The notes beneath the pieces are model-generated. The model did not search any database. It worked only from the letters and a program-made list of their open reading frames with translations, and was not told the origin of the DNA. The position numbers were made by a program, and so were the translations under genes. From positions 1-34,270 of the forward strand of contig JAYTHP010000105.1 of assembly GCA_043732485.1 (NCBI GenBank): 34,270 nucleotides of DNA. Direction: 5' to 3'. The stretch comes from Oligoflexia bacterium. GTDB taxonomy: Bacteria; Bdellovibrionota; UBA1018. Of the stretch, positions 1 to 7,888 are shown one piece after another; the first letter of the stretch is position 1; every line of letters begins with the position of its first letter.

Positions 1-12
1 ATCTGAACTAGC

Positions 13-1073
13 TTACAGGGTGGAAATTTTCAAGAAGTTTAATTTGACGGATTTAATTAAGTCCCAGTTTCTGTGGTTTTTTGACCAGCGTAGAGGATGT
101 TTCATTTTTAACTGCTGGTAGAATTCTTTCCTTTTTTCTAATATTTTCAGGTCTTTACCCTTGTGGCGAGCGCTCGGCGTCACAAATTTAATACCACTAT
201 GCAGGTGCTGAGTATTGTACCAATGCTCGAACTTAACCATCCAAGCGACGCTCTCGTCCAGTGCTGCAAAAGGTTTCGAAGGAAATAGGTTACAATATTT
301 TACGGTCCTAAAAAGAGCTTCTGAAAAAGGGTTGTCGTTGCTGACCGCGGGCCGAGAGAACGAAGAGGCAACGCCCAGTCTTTGCATGGTGACCAGCATA
401 GTTGATCCCTTCATGGCGCCACCATTATCAGCGTGAAGAACCAGTTGATTTTTATCAATATTTTCCTTGATACAAATTTCGTTCAGTAAATCGGCAGAAA
501 GCTCCATCGCCTCTCGGTCGTGAATCTTCCAGCCCACAATTTTTCGCGAGTAAATGTCAATAAAGAGATAAAGGTAGAAATACAGACCTCTCACTGTCGT
601 AGGTAAATAGCTGATATCCCAACTGAAAACCTGGTTCGTAGCAGTGGCCTCCAACGCCGCTGGCCGGTTCCTTTCCTGAGGCGGTCGGGACCGCTGGCGA
701 TGGCTAAGCATTTTCTCTTTTTTCGGTACCCGGTAAAACAAGGACTCCGATGCTACCCATTTACCCTGGTCTGCTAAACGAGGAACGATTTTTTTTGGGC
801 TACAATCGTAGGATTTTGTTGAATTAGCAACTTTAACGATCCGCTCCTTTTCTAGTGCGCTGAGGGAGTGACTAGGAGGAGTCAGTGGCCCTTGTCTGAG
901 ATCCTCTAGCGACGGCCTAAGCCGCTAGCGCTGATAGGTTCGCACAGAGATTCTGACAGTCTTGCAGGCCACCGCCTGCCTAGCTCCGCAGGCGGCGACG
1001 CCTTGCAGGATTTGCTCTCGCGCCGCAGCGCTTAATTTTTTTCCTCTTTGCTGGCATCCCAGATCAGGTGGAC
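13..1073 (-). pseudogene. IS3 transposase OrfB (rve/DDE core) with an in-frame stop
   Basis: Motifs NQVFSWDISY, DIYSRKIVGW, LHADNGG and NDNPFSEALFRTVKY. The frame continues upstream of 741 (LSAAAREQIL...SVRTYQR*RLRP) with TAG at 925-927, where a Trp is expected. Confidence 0.85.
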
Positions 1074-1163
1074 TTTTTTTTGGAGAATGAGCAAGGCTGA
1101 CGCCTCAGCAAGGGCCCGGTCTTTACGCCTCAGCTCTTGCTCTAGTTGATGGCGTGCTCGCAT
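1032..1163 (-). pseudogene. IS3 OrfA with an internal deletion (43 aa; only the C-terminal coiled coil remains)
   Basis: GGAG RBS and ATG at 1163, then MRARHQLEQELRRKDRALAEASALLILQKKVHLIW. The HTH-containing middle seen in the second copy (24470-24795) is missing. Confidence 0.75.
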
Positions 1164-1226
1164 TTTGCTCCAATTGACCCCCTGTTTTTGATGACCGCAA
1201 TGCGACAACTATCCTGACACAGGGGG

Positions 1227-2285
1227 GTGGAGGCTAACGGAGGCAGACAGCATAACCCGTTGCCTTCGAGCCGAGAATTTCAGAAATACTTTCCCAGGCA
1301 GGCGCCAACTCGGGCGATTGATTTTTTTACGGAATCCGAGCTGCAGCGGGTTTTTCAAACGATGGCAAAATCGAGGTCGCGGCATCTGCTGCCTTTTCTT
1401 CAGTTTCTGGCTGCAACCGGGATGAGGCGCTCAGAAGCTTTGGGCTTGAGTTGGGGGGAGGTCGATTTTGAGAACGGCTTTATTTATCTGCGGAAAACCA
1501 AAAGTGGTACTGCTCGACGTGTGCCGATCGATGAGGCTTGTCTGGAAGTCTTACACAGCCTGTCGCGATACTTGGAGAATTGCAAAGGGCCGATTTTTGT
1601 CAGTCAGTCAGGCCAGGTCTACCGTGAGGATTGCTTTTTGAAGCCGCTTAAGCTTGCCGCTAAAAAAGCTGGGCTCAGTAAACGGATCGATATCCATTCG
1701 CTGCGGCACAGTTGGGCTTCAAATAAAATTCGGGCGGGGTGGGGACTAAAAAAAGTCTCAATGATTCTTGGTCATGCTGACATTACTATGACATCGAAAG
1801 TTTATAGTCATTTGCTGGATGGTGATTTAAAAGTGCGCGATGATTTTCGTTTTGACAATCAGAACGTTTCGGCCAATAGTAAAAGACGAGAGGGTAAGTG
1901 CAAAACTATGGAAGCCGTGATGAGTGAGCTGATTGAAAGCGTCCAACAAATTCCCGTGGAGTTCCTGGAATCTGGAAACCTCCCCCAAGCTCTCTTAACC
2001 TCTATGGCGATCTTCTTTGCCTCAAAGGGTAACGGTGACGAAATGTCGTTAAACGCAACCCAACGGATAGAAACGACAACAACATTAAAAGATGCGTTTC
2101 ATGTGCCTGTCATGACCCTCGGGGCCAAAAAGCACCTAAAATCGTCTAAAAGTTCTTCAGACGCCTCTCAAATCGTTGAGCACGCTAAAAGCGAAAAAAC
2201 CTTAGAAAACCTAACTTTAGCTAACCAAAAAAAAGTGGTGCACCCTGAGGGAATTGAACCCCCAACCCTCAGATTCGAAGTCTGA
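1227..2285 (+). CDS. Tyrosine recombinase/phage-type integrase, probably N-terminally truncated by the IS
   Basis: Catalytic motifs TGMRRSE, KTK, HSLRH, LGHA and VYSH. The ORF begins exactly at the IS end and lacks most of the core-binding domain. It lies next to a tRNA. Confidence 0.9.
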   Translation: MEANGGRQHNPLPSSREFQKYFPRQAPTRAIDFFTESELQRVFQTMAKSRSRHLLPFLQFLAATGMRRSEALGLSWGEVDFENGFIYLRKTKSGTARRVPIDEACLEVLHSLSRYLENCKGPIFVSQSGQVYREDCFLKPLKLAAKKAGLSKRIDIHSLRHSWASNKIRAGWGLKKVSMILGHADITMTSKVYSHLLDGDLKVRDDFRFDNQNVSANSKRREGKCKTMEAVMSELIESVQQIPVEFLESGNLPQALLTSMAIFFASKGNGDEMSLNATQRIETTTTLKDAFHVPVMTLGAKKHLKSSKSSSDASQIVEHAKSEKTLENLTLANQKKVVHPEGIEPPTLRFEV

Positions 2286-2312
2286 TGCTCTATCCAATTG
2301 AGCTAAGGGTGC
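2236..2312 (-). tRNA. tRNA-Arg, anticodon UCG, with encoded CCA
   Basis: GCACCCTTAGCTCAATTGGATAGAGCATCAGACTTCGAATCTGAGGGTTGGGGGTTCAATTCCCTCAGGGTGCACCA. Acceptor stem GCACCCT/AGGGTGC, anticodon arm TCAGA-CTTCGAA-TCTGA, T-loop TTCAATT. Confidence 0.96.
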
Positions 2313-2420
2313 GCTTGGAGCCGGCAGTAGCCTCTCAGGTCCGAGGAGATTCGTCTCTTCATCAGCGATCCGCCAGGAAGCAGAACATTCTCTTTCGAGA
2401 GGTTTCCCGTTTGAGCGCTA

Positions 2421-2449
2421 AAACTATCATAGCTCTGTTGCGCTTGCAA
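2421..2449 (-). promoter_or_regulatory. Putative sigma70 promoter for the tRNA
   Basis: TTGCAA-N17-TAGTTT with an extended -10 TG (TGaTAGTTT), about 110 nt upstream of the tRNA. Confidence 0.5.
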
Positions 2450-2674
2450 GATTGAAAAACCGGGCCTGACCTGGTGGGGTGGAATCGTCTTGGTTGCAGG
2501 CCCCTGTCTTGCAGACGCTTTAGCTTGAGATCCCCGCCACCACTGCCTTGAACTGCGCATCCCCCCTCCCTGAAGCTCGGCCGCGCCTCAAGCTCCTTGC
2601 GGCACGGCGGGTGCTGTGGGGGTAAAAAAACCGTCTGGGCGCGTCAAAGTACCCTCAATCTCGCGCTCCCTCTG

Positions 2675-3139
2675 CTAGGCGCTCGGTACTGGGGATTGCT
2701 GAGTGGCAAGCGCGATTTCCTGGAGACTTTTAATTGAGGCCACGCAAGCGGCTGCGGCTTCGCGCCCCTTGTTCTCGGGATTGTCCTGGCTGCGCTTGAA
2801 GGCTTGTTCTTCGGTAAAGGTAGTGAGCACCCCGAAGGAGAAGGGAATGCTGGCTTGCAGCATGCCTTGCATTAAGCCCAGCGAGCAGGCCATGCTGATC
2901 CATTCAAAGTGCGCCGTTTCGCCTTGAATGATCGCACCTAAGCAGATGATGCCGTCGTAGCGCCGGGTTGCCGCAAGCTTCTGGGCAAAAAGCGGTAATT
3001 CAAAGGCCCCAGGGGTGTAAAAAACCTCCTGTTGCGCAGCGGTGAACTTTTGCTCGTTCAGGTAATTCTGGGCGCCCAAGAGCAGTTGTGAGGTGACGTG
3101 GGGGTTGAAGCGGCTTACGATCAAAGCGAGTTGGGTCAT
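2675..3139 (-). CDS. ribH: 6,7-dimethyl-8-ribityllumazine synthase
   Basis: [30 protein letters not shown] and NKGREAA motifs. Its start overlaps the ribBA stop. Confidence 0.95.
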   Translation of the reverse strand: MTQLALIVSRFNPHVTSQLLLGAQNYLNEQKFTAAQQEVFYTPGAFELPLFAQKLAATRRYDGIICLGAIIQGETAHFEWISMACSLGLMQGMLQASIPFSFGVLTTFTEEQAFKRSQDNPENKGREAAAACVASIKSLQEIALATQQSPVPSA

Positions 3140-4416
3140 AGAGGAGAAACCTTCTTAAGGGTGAGAGGGGTTGTCGTAGGGGGGGGAGAGGAAGAGGAGG
3201 CGGCCTGTTGCAACAGGTGGCCGAGCTTCTCTTTTTTGGTCATTAAGTAGTTTTGATTATAGGGGTTAGGGGTGACTTCAATCGGGACTTGCTCGATGAC
3301 GGAAAGTCCGTATCCTTCTAAGCCAATGATTTTTTTAGGATTATTGGTGAGTAACCGCAGCTGGGTGACTCCCAAAAAGCGTAAGATTTGGGCGCCAACG
3401 CCGTAATGCCTGAGGTCGGCTTCAAAGCCTAAGTGATGGTTGGCTTCCACCGTATCCATCCCCTGGTCTTGCAACTGGTAAGCACGCAGCTTATTGCCTA
3501 AGCCAATGCCGCGTCCTTCATGCCTGCGCATGTAGACTAAAACGCCGCTGGGTGCAGCCCCAATCTGCGCTAAAGCGGCTTGTAACTGCGGACCACAATC
3601 ACAGCGCAACGATCCGAAGGCATCCCCTGTTAAGCACTCCGAGTGCACCCGCACTAAGGTCGCCTGGCTCTCAAGTCTGCCGCGCACTAAAGCCACATGT
3701 TCGGCGCCATCGACTAAACTCTTAAAGGCATGGATCTGGAAGGGTTCAGGGTGAAAGCAGGTGGGGAGGTTGGCAGTGGCAATCGGCTCAATGAGACATT
3801 CTTTTTCCATGCGGTGCTCAATCACATCTTGGATGCTGATGATCGGGATATCAAACTGCTGCGCAAAGATTTCTAGATCCTCAAAGCGTGCCATCGTGCC
3901 ATCGACCTTCATGATCTCACAAATCACCGCAGCAGGAGGTAATCCGGCCAGCCGCATCAGATCTAAGGAGCCTTCGGTGTGGCCCGCACGCACTAAAACC
4001 CCGCCTTCTTGGGCTTTAAGGGGGAAAATGTGGCCAGGTGAGACTAAGTCGTGCGGTGAGCTGAGTGGGTCTGAGGCCACTTGAATGGTGCGCGCCCGGT
4101 CATGCACAGAGATGCCAGTGGTGATCCCTTCTCTGGCTTCAATGGAGACGGTAAACGCTGTGTTGCGGGGCGATTGGTTGCGCGGGGTCATCATCGGAAG
4201 ACCAAGGCGCTCGACTTGCGCGGCGTCCAGCGCCAAGCACACCAGGCCACGGGCGTGGGTGACCATGAAGTTGATGGTTTCCGGGGTCACCAGGTGCGCG
4301 GCTAGGACTAAATCGCCTTCATTTTCGCGGTCTTTGTCATCCACTAAGATGATCATTTTGCCTTGCTTTAACCGGCTAAGCGCGTTTTCTAGGGAACTCA
4401 TAAGCGGGGGCCTCAT
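3136..4416 (-). CDS. ribBA: Bifunctional DHBP synthase / GTP cyclohydrolase II (start probably 4416 or 4401)
   Basis: [42 protein letters not shown] and LLTNNP motifs. Confidence 0.96.
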   Translation of the reverse strand: MRPPLMSSLENALSRLKQGKMIILVDDKDRENEGDLVLAAHLVTPETINFMVTHARGLVCLALDAAQVERLGLPMMTPRNQSPRNTAFTVSIEAREGITTGISVHDRARTIQVASDPLSSPHDLVSPGHIFPLKAQEGGVLVRAGHTEGSLDLMRLAGLPPAAVICEIMKVDGTMARFEDLEIFAQQFDIPIISIQDVIEHRMEKECLIEPIATANLPTCFHPEPFQIHAFKSLVDGAEHVALVRGRLESQATLVRVHSECLTGDAFGSLRCDCGPQLQAALAQIGAAPSGVLVYMRRHEGRGIGLGNKLRAYQLQDQGMDTVEANHHLGFEADLRHYGVGAQILRFLGVTQLRLLTNNPKKIIGLEGYGLSVIEQVPIEVTPNPYNQNYLMTKKEKLGHLLQQAASSSSPPPTTTPLTLKKVSPL

Positions 4417-4619
4417 CAAAATGCCATATGGGTCGAGCAACAGGGTTTAATTTACACGCTACCATAAGACGAGGGGTTCAGCGGGGGTTTTTTTCACGCA
4501 CCATCCGCCAAGATGGCTTTTTTGGCCGCAGGACGCAAAAGAGGGAGGCGGGCGGAAGAACGGAGCGCGCTTCGTTGTCGGACATCGGGGGCCGGGCGCC
4601 GGGCGGCGATTGCCGACCC

Positions 4620-5801
4620 TTAAGGCTGCGAGGCCGCCCGCTGCAAGCGATCTTGAATGGCAGCCTTCAGTCCCTCAAGATCCGCGCAGGGTTCCACCCA
4701 AAGGGCTGCAAACTCCTGTGGCAAGTCACACGCCCTTAAGGTCTGAAAGAGTTGGGCTGCAATTTCCTCAGGCTTGCCCCGCTGACTCAAACTCTTCACC
4801 ACCAGTCGTGAGGCGATGAGGGGGTCAGTCGGCGGAAGCACGGTGTCTGCTTCTTGCATCACGATCAAGCAGATTTTGGTGCTCGGGCTCAAGCCTTGCA
4901 GTTGGGTGGCAGCTTTCTTTTGCCAGGCTTGCCACTGCAGGGCGGTCATGCGCGCGCAGGGGGCGGGTAACAGCTGCAGCGGGAGGGACGGGGCATAGTG
5001 TTGCAGCAGCAGGCCTGGGCTGAGCTGGGCTGGTGGCGTTGCTCCTTGGCGGACGGGGGATGCGGGGCGAAGCAAGAGCGGTTCTTGCAAGACCGCCTCA
5101 ATCGCCTCGCGACCTAAGGCACCCGGTCGCATCCAGCGAAAGCGCTCTACGGCAAGATCAAACCACAGAATGGTTGATTCAATGCCGTGGCGACAGGGGC
5201 CGCCTTCGAGCACCCACGGGATTTCTGAGCCCAATTCGCTTAAGACGTCTTGCGCGCAAGTCGGGCTGATGCGACCAAAGCGATTGGCGCTGGGGGCTGC
5301 AAGGGGAATTTTAACCCGCTGGAGTAAGGCAGTGGCCACGGCGTGGCGCGGCATGCGCAGCGCCACGCTGGGGAGGTGACTGGTGGCCAGGTCGGGGACC
5401 TGGCTCCGGTTTTTGGGGAGGATCAGGGTTAAAGCCCCCGGCCAGAACTGTCGCATCAGGCGGTTGAGCTTGACTTGGGTTTGCGGACTTAAGGGGGAGA
5501 GGTCAATTAAGCCTAACTCTTCGGCTCGTTTCAAGCGATCGTCACAGCCCCGCTTGCGGTGGACGGGATCGGCAAAGTGGGCAATCAGCGGATCGTGCAG
5601 CGGTCGTTGCTTCGCGCTGTAGATCCGGCGTAAGGCGCGCTCGGAAAAGAGTGAGCCTGCAAGGCCGTAGACGGTCTCCGTGGGTAAGCCACCCACTTGG
5701 TCTTGCTTGAGGGCTTGCGCCACCCAAGCCAGGTTCTTGGCCGTGGGCTGTAAGAGGCGTGCGCGCCTGGAGGGGGGGGGTGTGGGGGAAGGCATGCGCA
5801 A
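4620..5801 (-). CDS. tsaC: L-threonylcarbamoyladenylate synthase, Sua5 type (YrdC plus SUA5 domain)
   Basis: PTETVYGLAG, KQRP.HDPLIAH, FWPGALT, AAPSAN, GIESTI, SPG..QHYAP and AIQDRLQRAA motifs. Confidence 0.92.
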   Translation of the reverse strand: MRMPSPTPPPSRRARLLQPTAKNLAWVAQALKQDQVGGLPTETVYGLAGSLFSERALRRIYSAKQRPLHDPLIAHFADPVHRKRGCDDRLKRAEELGLIDLSPLSPQTQVKLNRLMRQFWPGALTLILPKNRSQVPDLATSHLPSVALRMPRHAVATALLQRVKIPLAAPSANRFGRISPTCAQDVLSELGSEIPWVLEGGPCRHGIESTILWFDLAVERFRWMRPGALGREAIEAVLQEPLLLRPASPVRQGATPPAQLSPGLLLQHYAPSLPLQLLPAPCARMTALQWQAWQKKAATQLQGLSPSTKICLIVMQEADTVLPPTDPLIASRLVVKSLSQRGKPEEIAAQLFQTLRACDLPQEFAALWVEPCADLEGLKAAIQDRLQRAASQP

Positions 5802-5851
5802 GGGGGATTGAGTTTACTCCGTGGATTCTTCTTGAGTGGGCGCGTGCTACC

Positions 5852-7366
5852 CTACGAAACGCTGTTTTTTGACTCCAGGCCCTGGGCTTCGATTGCTGCT
5901 GCAATTTCTTCCATTTTCATGCCCCTGGAACCTTTCACCAGCACCACGTCGCTGGCTTGCAAGGAAAATACGCCTTGCTTGAGCTCGCTTGCCAGCGCTT
6001 GACGGTCGGTATAATGCTTGAGGGTGCCTGGGAAGCCTCGTTTTTGCAATTCGTCGGCTAAGAATGCCATGCAGGCTCCGAGAAGTAAAATGTTATCTAT
6101 CTTGAGGCGCAAGAGTGAGGTGGCCAGTGCACGGTGCAAGCTTTCTTCGCTCACCCCAAGCTCGAGCATGTCGCCTAGCACCGCCCAAGCGCGGCGTTTG
6201 CCCTGGCGGGTGGAAGTGTGGGTGGTGGGTTGGGAGAAAGTGAGTTGCTGCAGGAGGGCAAAGCCCGCTTCCATGGAAGTCGGCTGCGCGTTGTAGTAAT
6301 CGGCAATGAGTTGCACGCCGTTTGCAAGTCGTTTGACTTGCGAGCGTCCTTGCAGCCCTTGAAAGTGCGGTAAGCCTCGGCTGATCTCCGTGGGAGTGAG
6401 CTTGAGGCTAGTGGCCATCGCCACTGCGGCGAGCAGGTTGTCAGCGTTATGACGTCCGGGCAGGGGTAAGGACAAGTTTAAGGCCGTCTCTAAGCCTAGG
6501 ATTTCCAGGGTCTGCGCTTCAGGAGCAAAGTGTCCCGTCAGCCTCACCTGAGTTGTTCCTGCTTGAGGTTGAGGCTGCTCATGTACAGTGTAATTCCAGA
6601 TTTGTGAGGGCTTGGCTGCGGTGGGTGGCTTGATCCAAGGGTCGTCGGTGGGGAAGGCGATCTCTCCACCGTGCTGCGCCACCCATTCGAGTGCCTGGCC
6701 TTCTTCAAAGGCGATCACTTCCAGTGAACCTAAGCCCTCTAAGTGCTCAGGTCCGATGCGAGTTAAGACGGCATGGGTGGGTTGCACGGTGGCAAGGTGG
6801 TAGGCCATCGAGTGGGGGGCATCAATGCCAATCTCAATCAGCGCCACTCCGTGGTCGGGGGTGAGTTTGAGTAAGGTCTTGGGGATCCCGACAAAGCCGT
6901 TTTCGCTGCCTTGGGTTTTCAGGATCAGGGGCCATTTGCCGAGGCTTAAGGCGGCTAGTAACTCTTTAGTGGTGGTTTTACCGACACTCCCGGCGATGGC
7001 CACCACCGGTAAGGTAAATTGCTGGCGCCAGCTCTGGCTTAACTGCCGGTAGGCCTGCAAGGTGTCTGCAACCCGAAAAACCAGCACGCCCGGGGGGATG
7101 TCGCCTGCAGCACCCCGGTGCAGCAGTAAACCTTGGGCGCCTTGCTCAAGCGCAGCTTGCAGAAAGTCATGGCCGTCATAGTGATCTCCAGGCAATGCCA
7201 CAAACAGGGCGCCGGGTTGGGGGGGGCGAGAGTCGGTGGTGATGGTAGAAAAAACGGTGGTTTGCAGCGCTTTTGGCGCAAAGTCACCGGGATTAAGTCC
7301 AAGAGCCTGACAAATGAACTGGGCTGAGAAACAAGGGGCGGCGGGGGCAGGGGGGGTGAGCGTCAT
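5852..7366 (-). CDS. murF: UDP-N-acetylmuramoyl-tripeptide--D-Ala-D-Ala ligase
   Basis: TDSR, DGHDF, GSVGKTTTKE, DYYNAQP, LGDMLELG and VKGSRGMKME motifs. Confidence 0.95.
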   Translation of the reverse strand: MTLTPPAPAAPCFSAQFICQALGLNPGDFAPKALQTTVFSTITTDSRPPQPGALFVALPGDHYDGHDFLQAALEQGAQGLLLHRGAAGDIPPGVLVFRVADTLQAYRQLSQSWRQQFTLPVVAIAGSVGKTTTKELLAALSLGKWPLILKTQGSENGFVGIPKTLLKLTPDHGVALIEIGIDAPHSMAYHLATVQPTHAVLTRIGPEHLEGLGSLEVIAFEEGQALEWVAQHGGEIAFPTDDPWIKPPTAAKPSQIWNYTVHEQPQPQAGTTQVRLTGHFAPEAQTLEILGLETALNLSLPLPGRHNADNLLAAVAMATSLKLTPTEISRGLPHFQGLQGRSQVKRLANGVQLIADYYNAQPTSMEAGFALLQQLTFSQPTTHTSTRQGKRRAWAVLGDMLELGVSEESLHRALATSLLRLKIDNILLLGACMAFLADELQKRGFPGTLKHYTDRQALASELKQGVFSLQASDVVLVKGSRGMKMEEIAAAIEAQGLESKNSVS

Positions 7367-7607
7367 AAGGGGTTTTGAAGGGGGGGGGGAGCGTTTAAAG
7401 GAGACAAAAAGGGTTTAAGGGTTATTTTTACAGGTGTTTTTCATCGCTAGGGCTTTTGTTTTGAGAGCGCAAAAAAGTGTTGCGGTGTCTGCCTTCTTTC
7501 TTTTCCTTCTTCCTTCCTCAAAAGTTAGCAAACAATCCTTTGGTTTGCAAAGCTTCATCCACGGCAAAGCGCTGGACGCCAAGCAAGCGGTAGGCCTCGG
7601 TAGGCGG

Positions 7608-7647
7608 TAGTCGGTGGTAGTCAGTGATAGTCAGTGATAGTCAATGA
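7608..7647. repeat. Intergenic 10-bp tandem repeat x4 (TAGTCRRTGR)
   Basis: tagtcggtgg tagtcagtga tagtcagtga tagtcaatga. Confidence 0.85.
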
Positions 7648-7774
7648 TGCTTAGAAGTGGACGTAGTGGTTGCCGCTGCTGCTGGGCTGTCTCGTTTTTG
7701 ACACCCCCCTGACCGAGTCACTCACCTCAAGCCAGCCCCGCCCGTCGCCTTGCTGGTTCACGCGCAGGAAATCT

Positions 7775-7801
7775 TTAACTTTCGCCTCACAAAACCGACA
7801 A
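7775..7801 (+). promoter_or_regulatory. Putative sigma28 (FliA)-type promoter
   Basis: TTAACTTT-N11-ACCGACAA versus consensus TAAAGTTT-N11-GCCGATAA. It implies the true start codon is downstream (ATG 7889 or 7958). Confidence 0.6.
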
Positions 7802-7888
7802 GCCCAATACCAGGCGCCAGTGGTGTCCTGGCTGCGGTCAAAGGGACAGCTGCTGCCTACTCAGGCCTACGACCAACAACGCTTAGGG

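Larger units (their letters stand above)
1..1226 (-). mobile_element. IS3-family insertion sequence, defective; other end lies outside the window
   Basis: orfA remnant, A8G slippery site (1073-1081) and orfB DDE transposase in the -1 frame. The left-end sequence 1155-1226 recurs at 24797-24868 (69/72 identical). Confidence 0.9.

Noticed and set aside
2340..2410. Hammerhead ribozyme (CTGATGA and GAAAC on -), c-di-GMP-I riboswitch or glycine riboswitch
   Set aside because: Hammerhead stems I and II do not pair. The GACGCAAAGC segment of c-di-GMP-I is missing. The glycine-like words lack the aptamer architecture and a downstream gene.
2675..4440. Incomplete riboflavin operon or FMN riboswitch
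   Set aside because: Split rib operons are common, and no RFN consensus is visible upstream.
7608..7647. CRISPR array (also considered for 10211-10258 and 25696-25737)
   Set aside because: Short tandem units with no spacers, and no cas genes.
7670..7888. N-terminal 73 aa of the 1219-aa ORF
   Set aside because: TTG start without a clear RBS, and the stretch contains the sigma28-like promoter, so it is probably untranslated.
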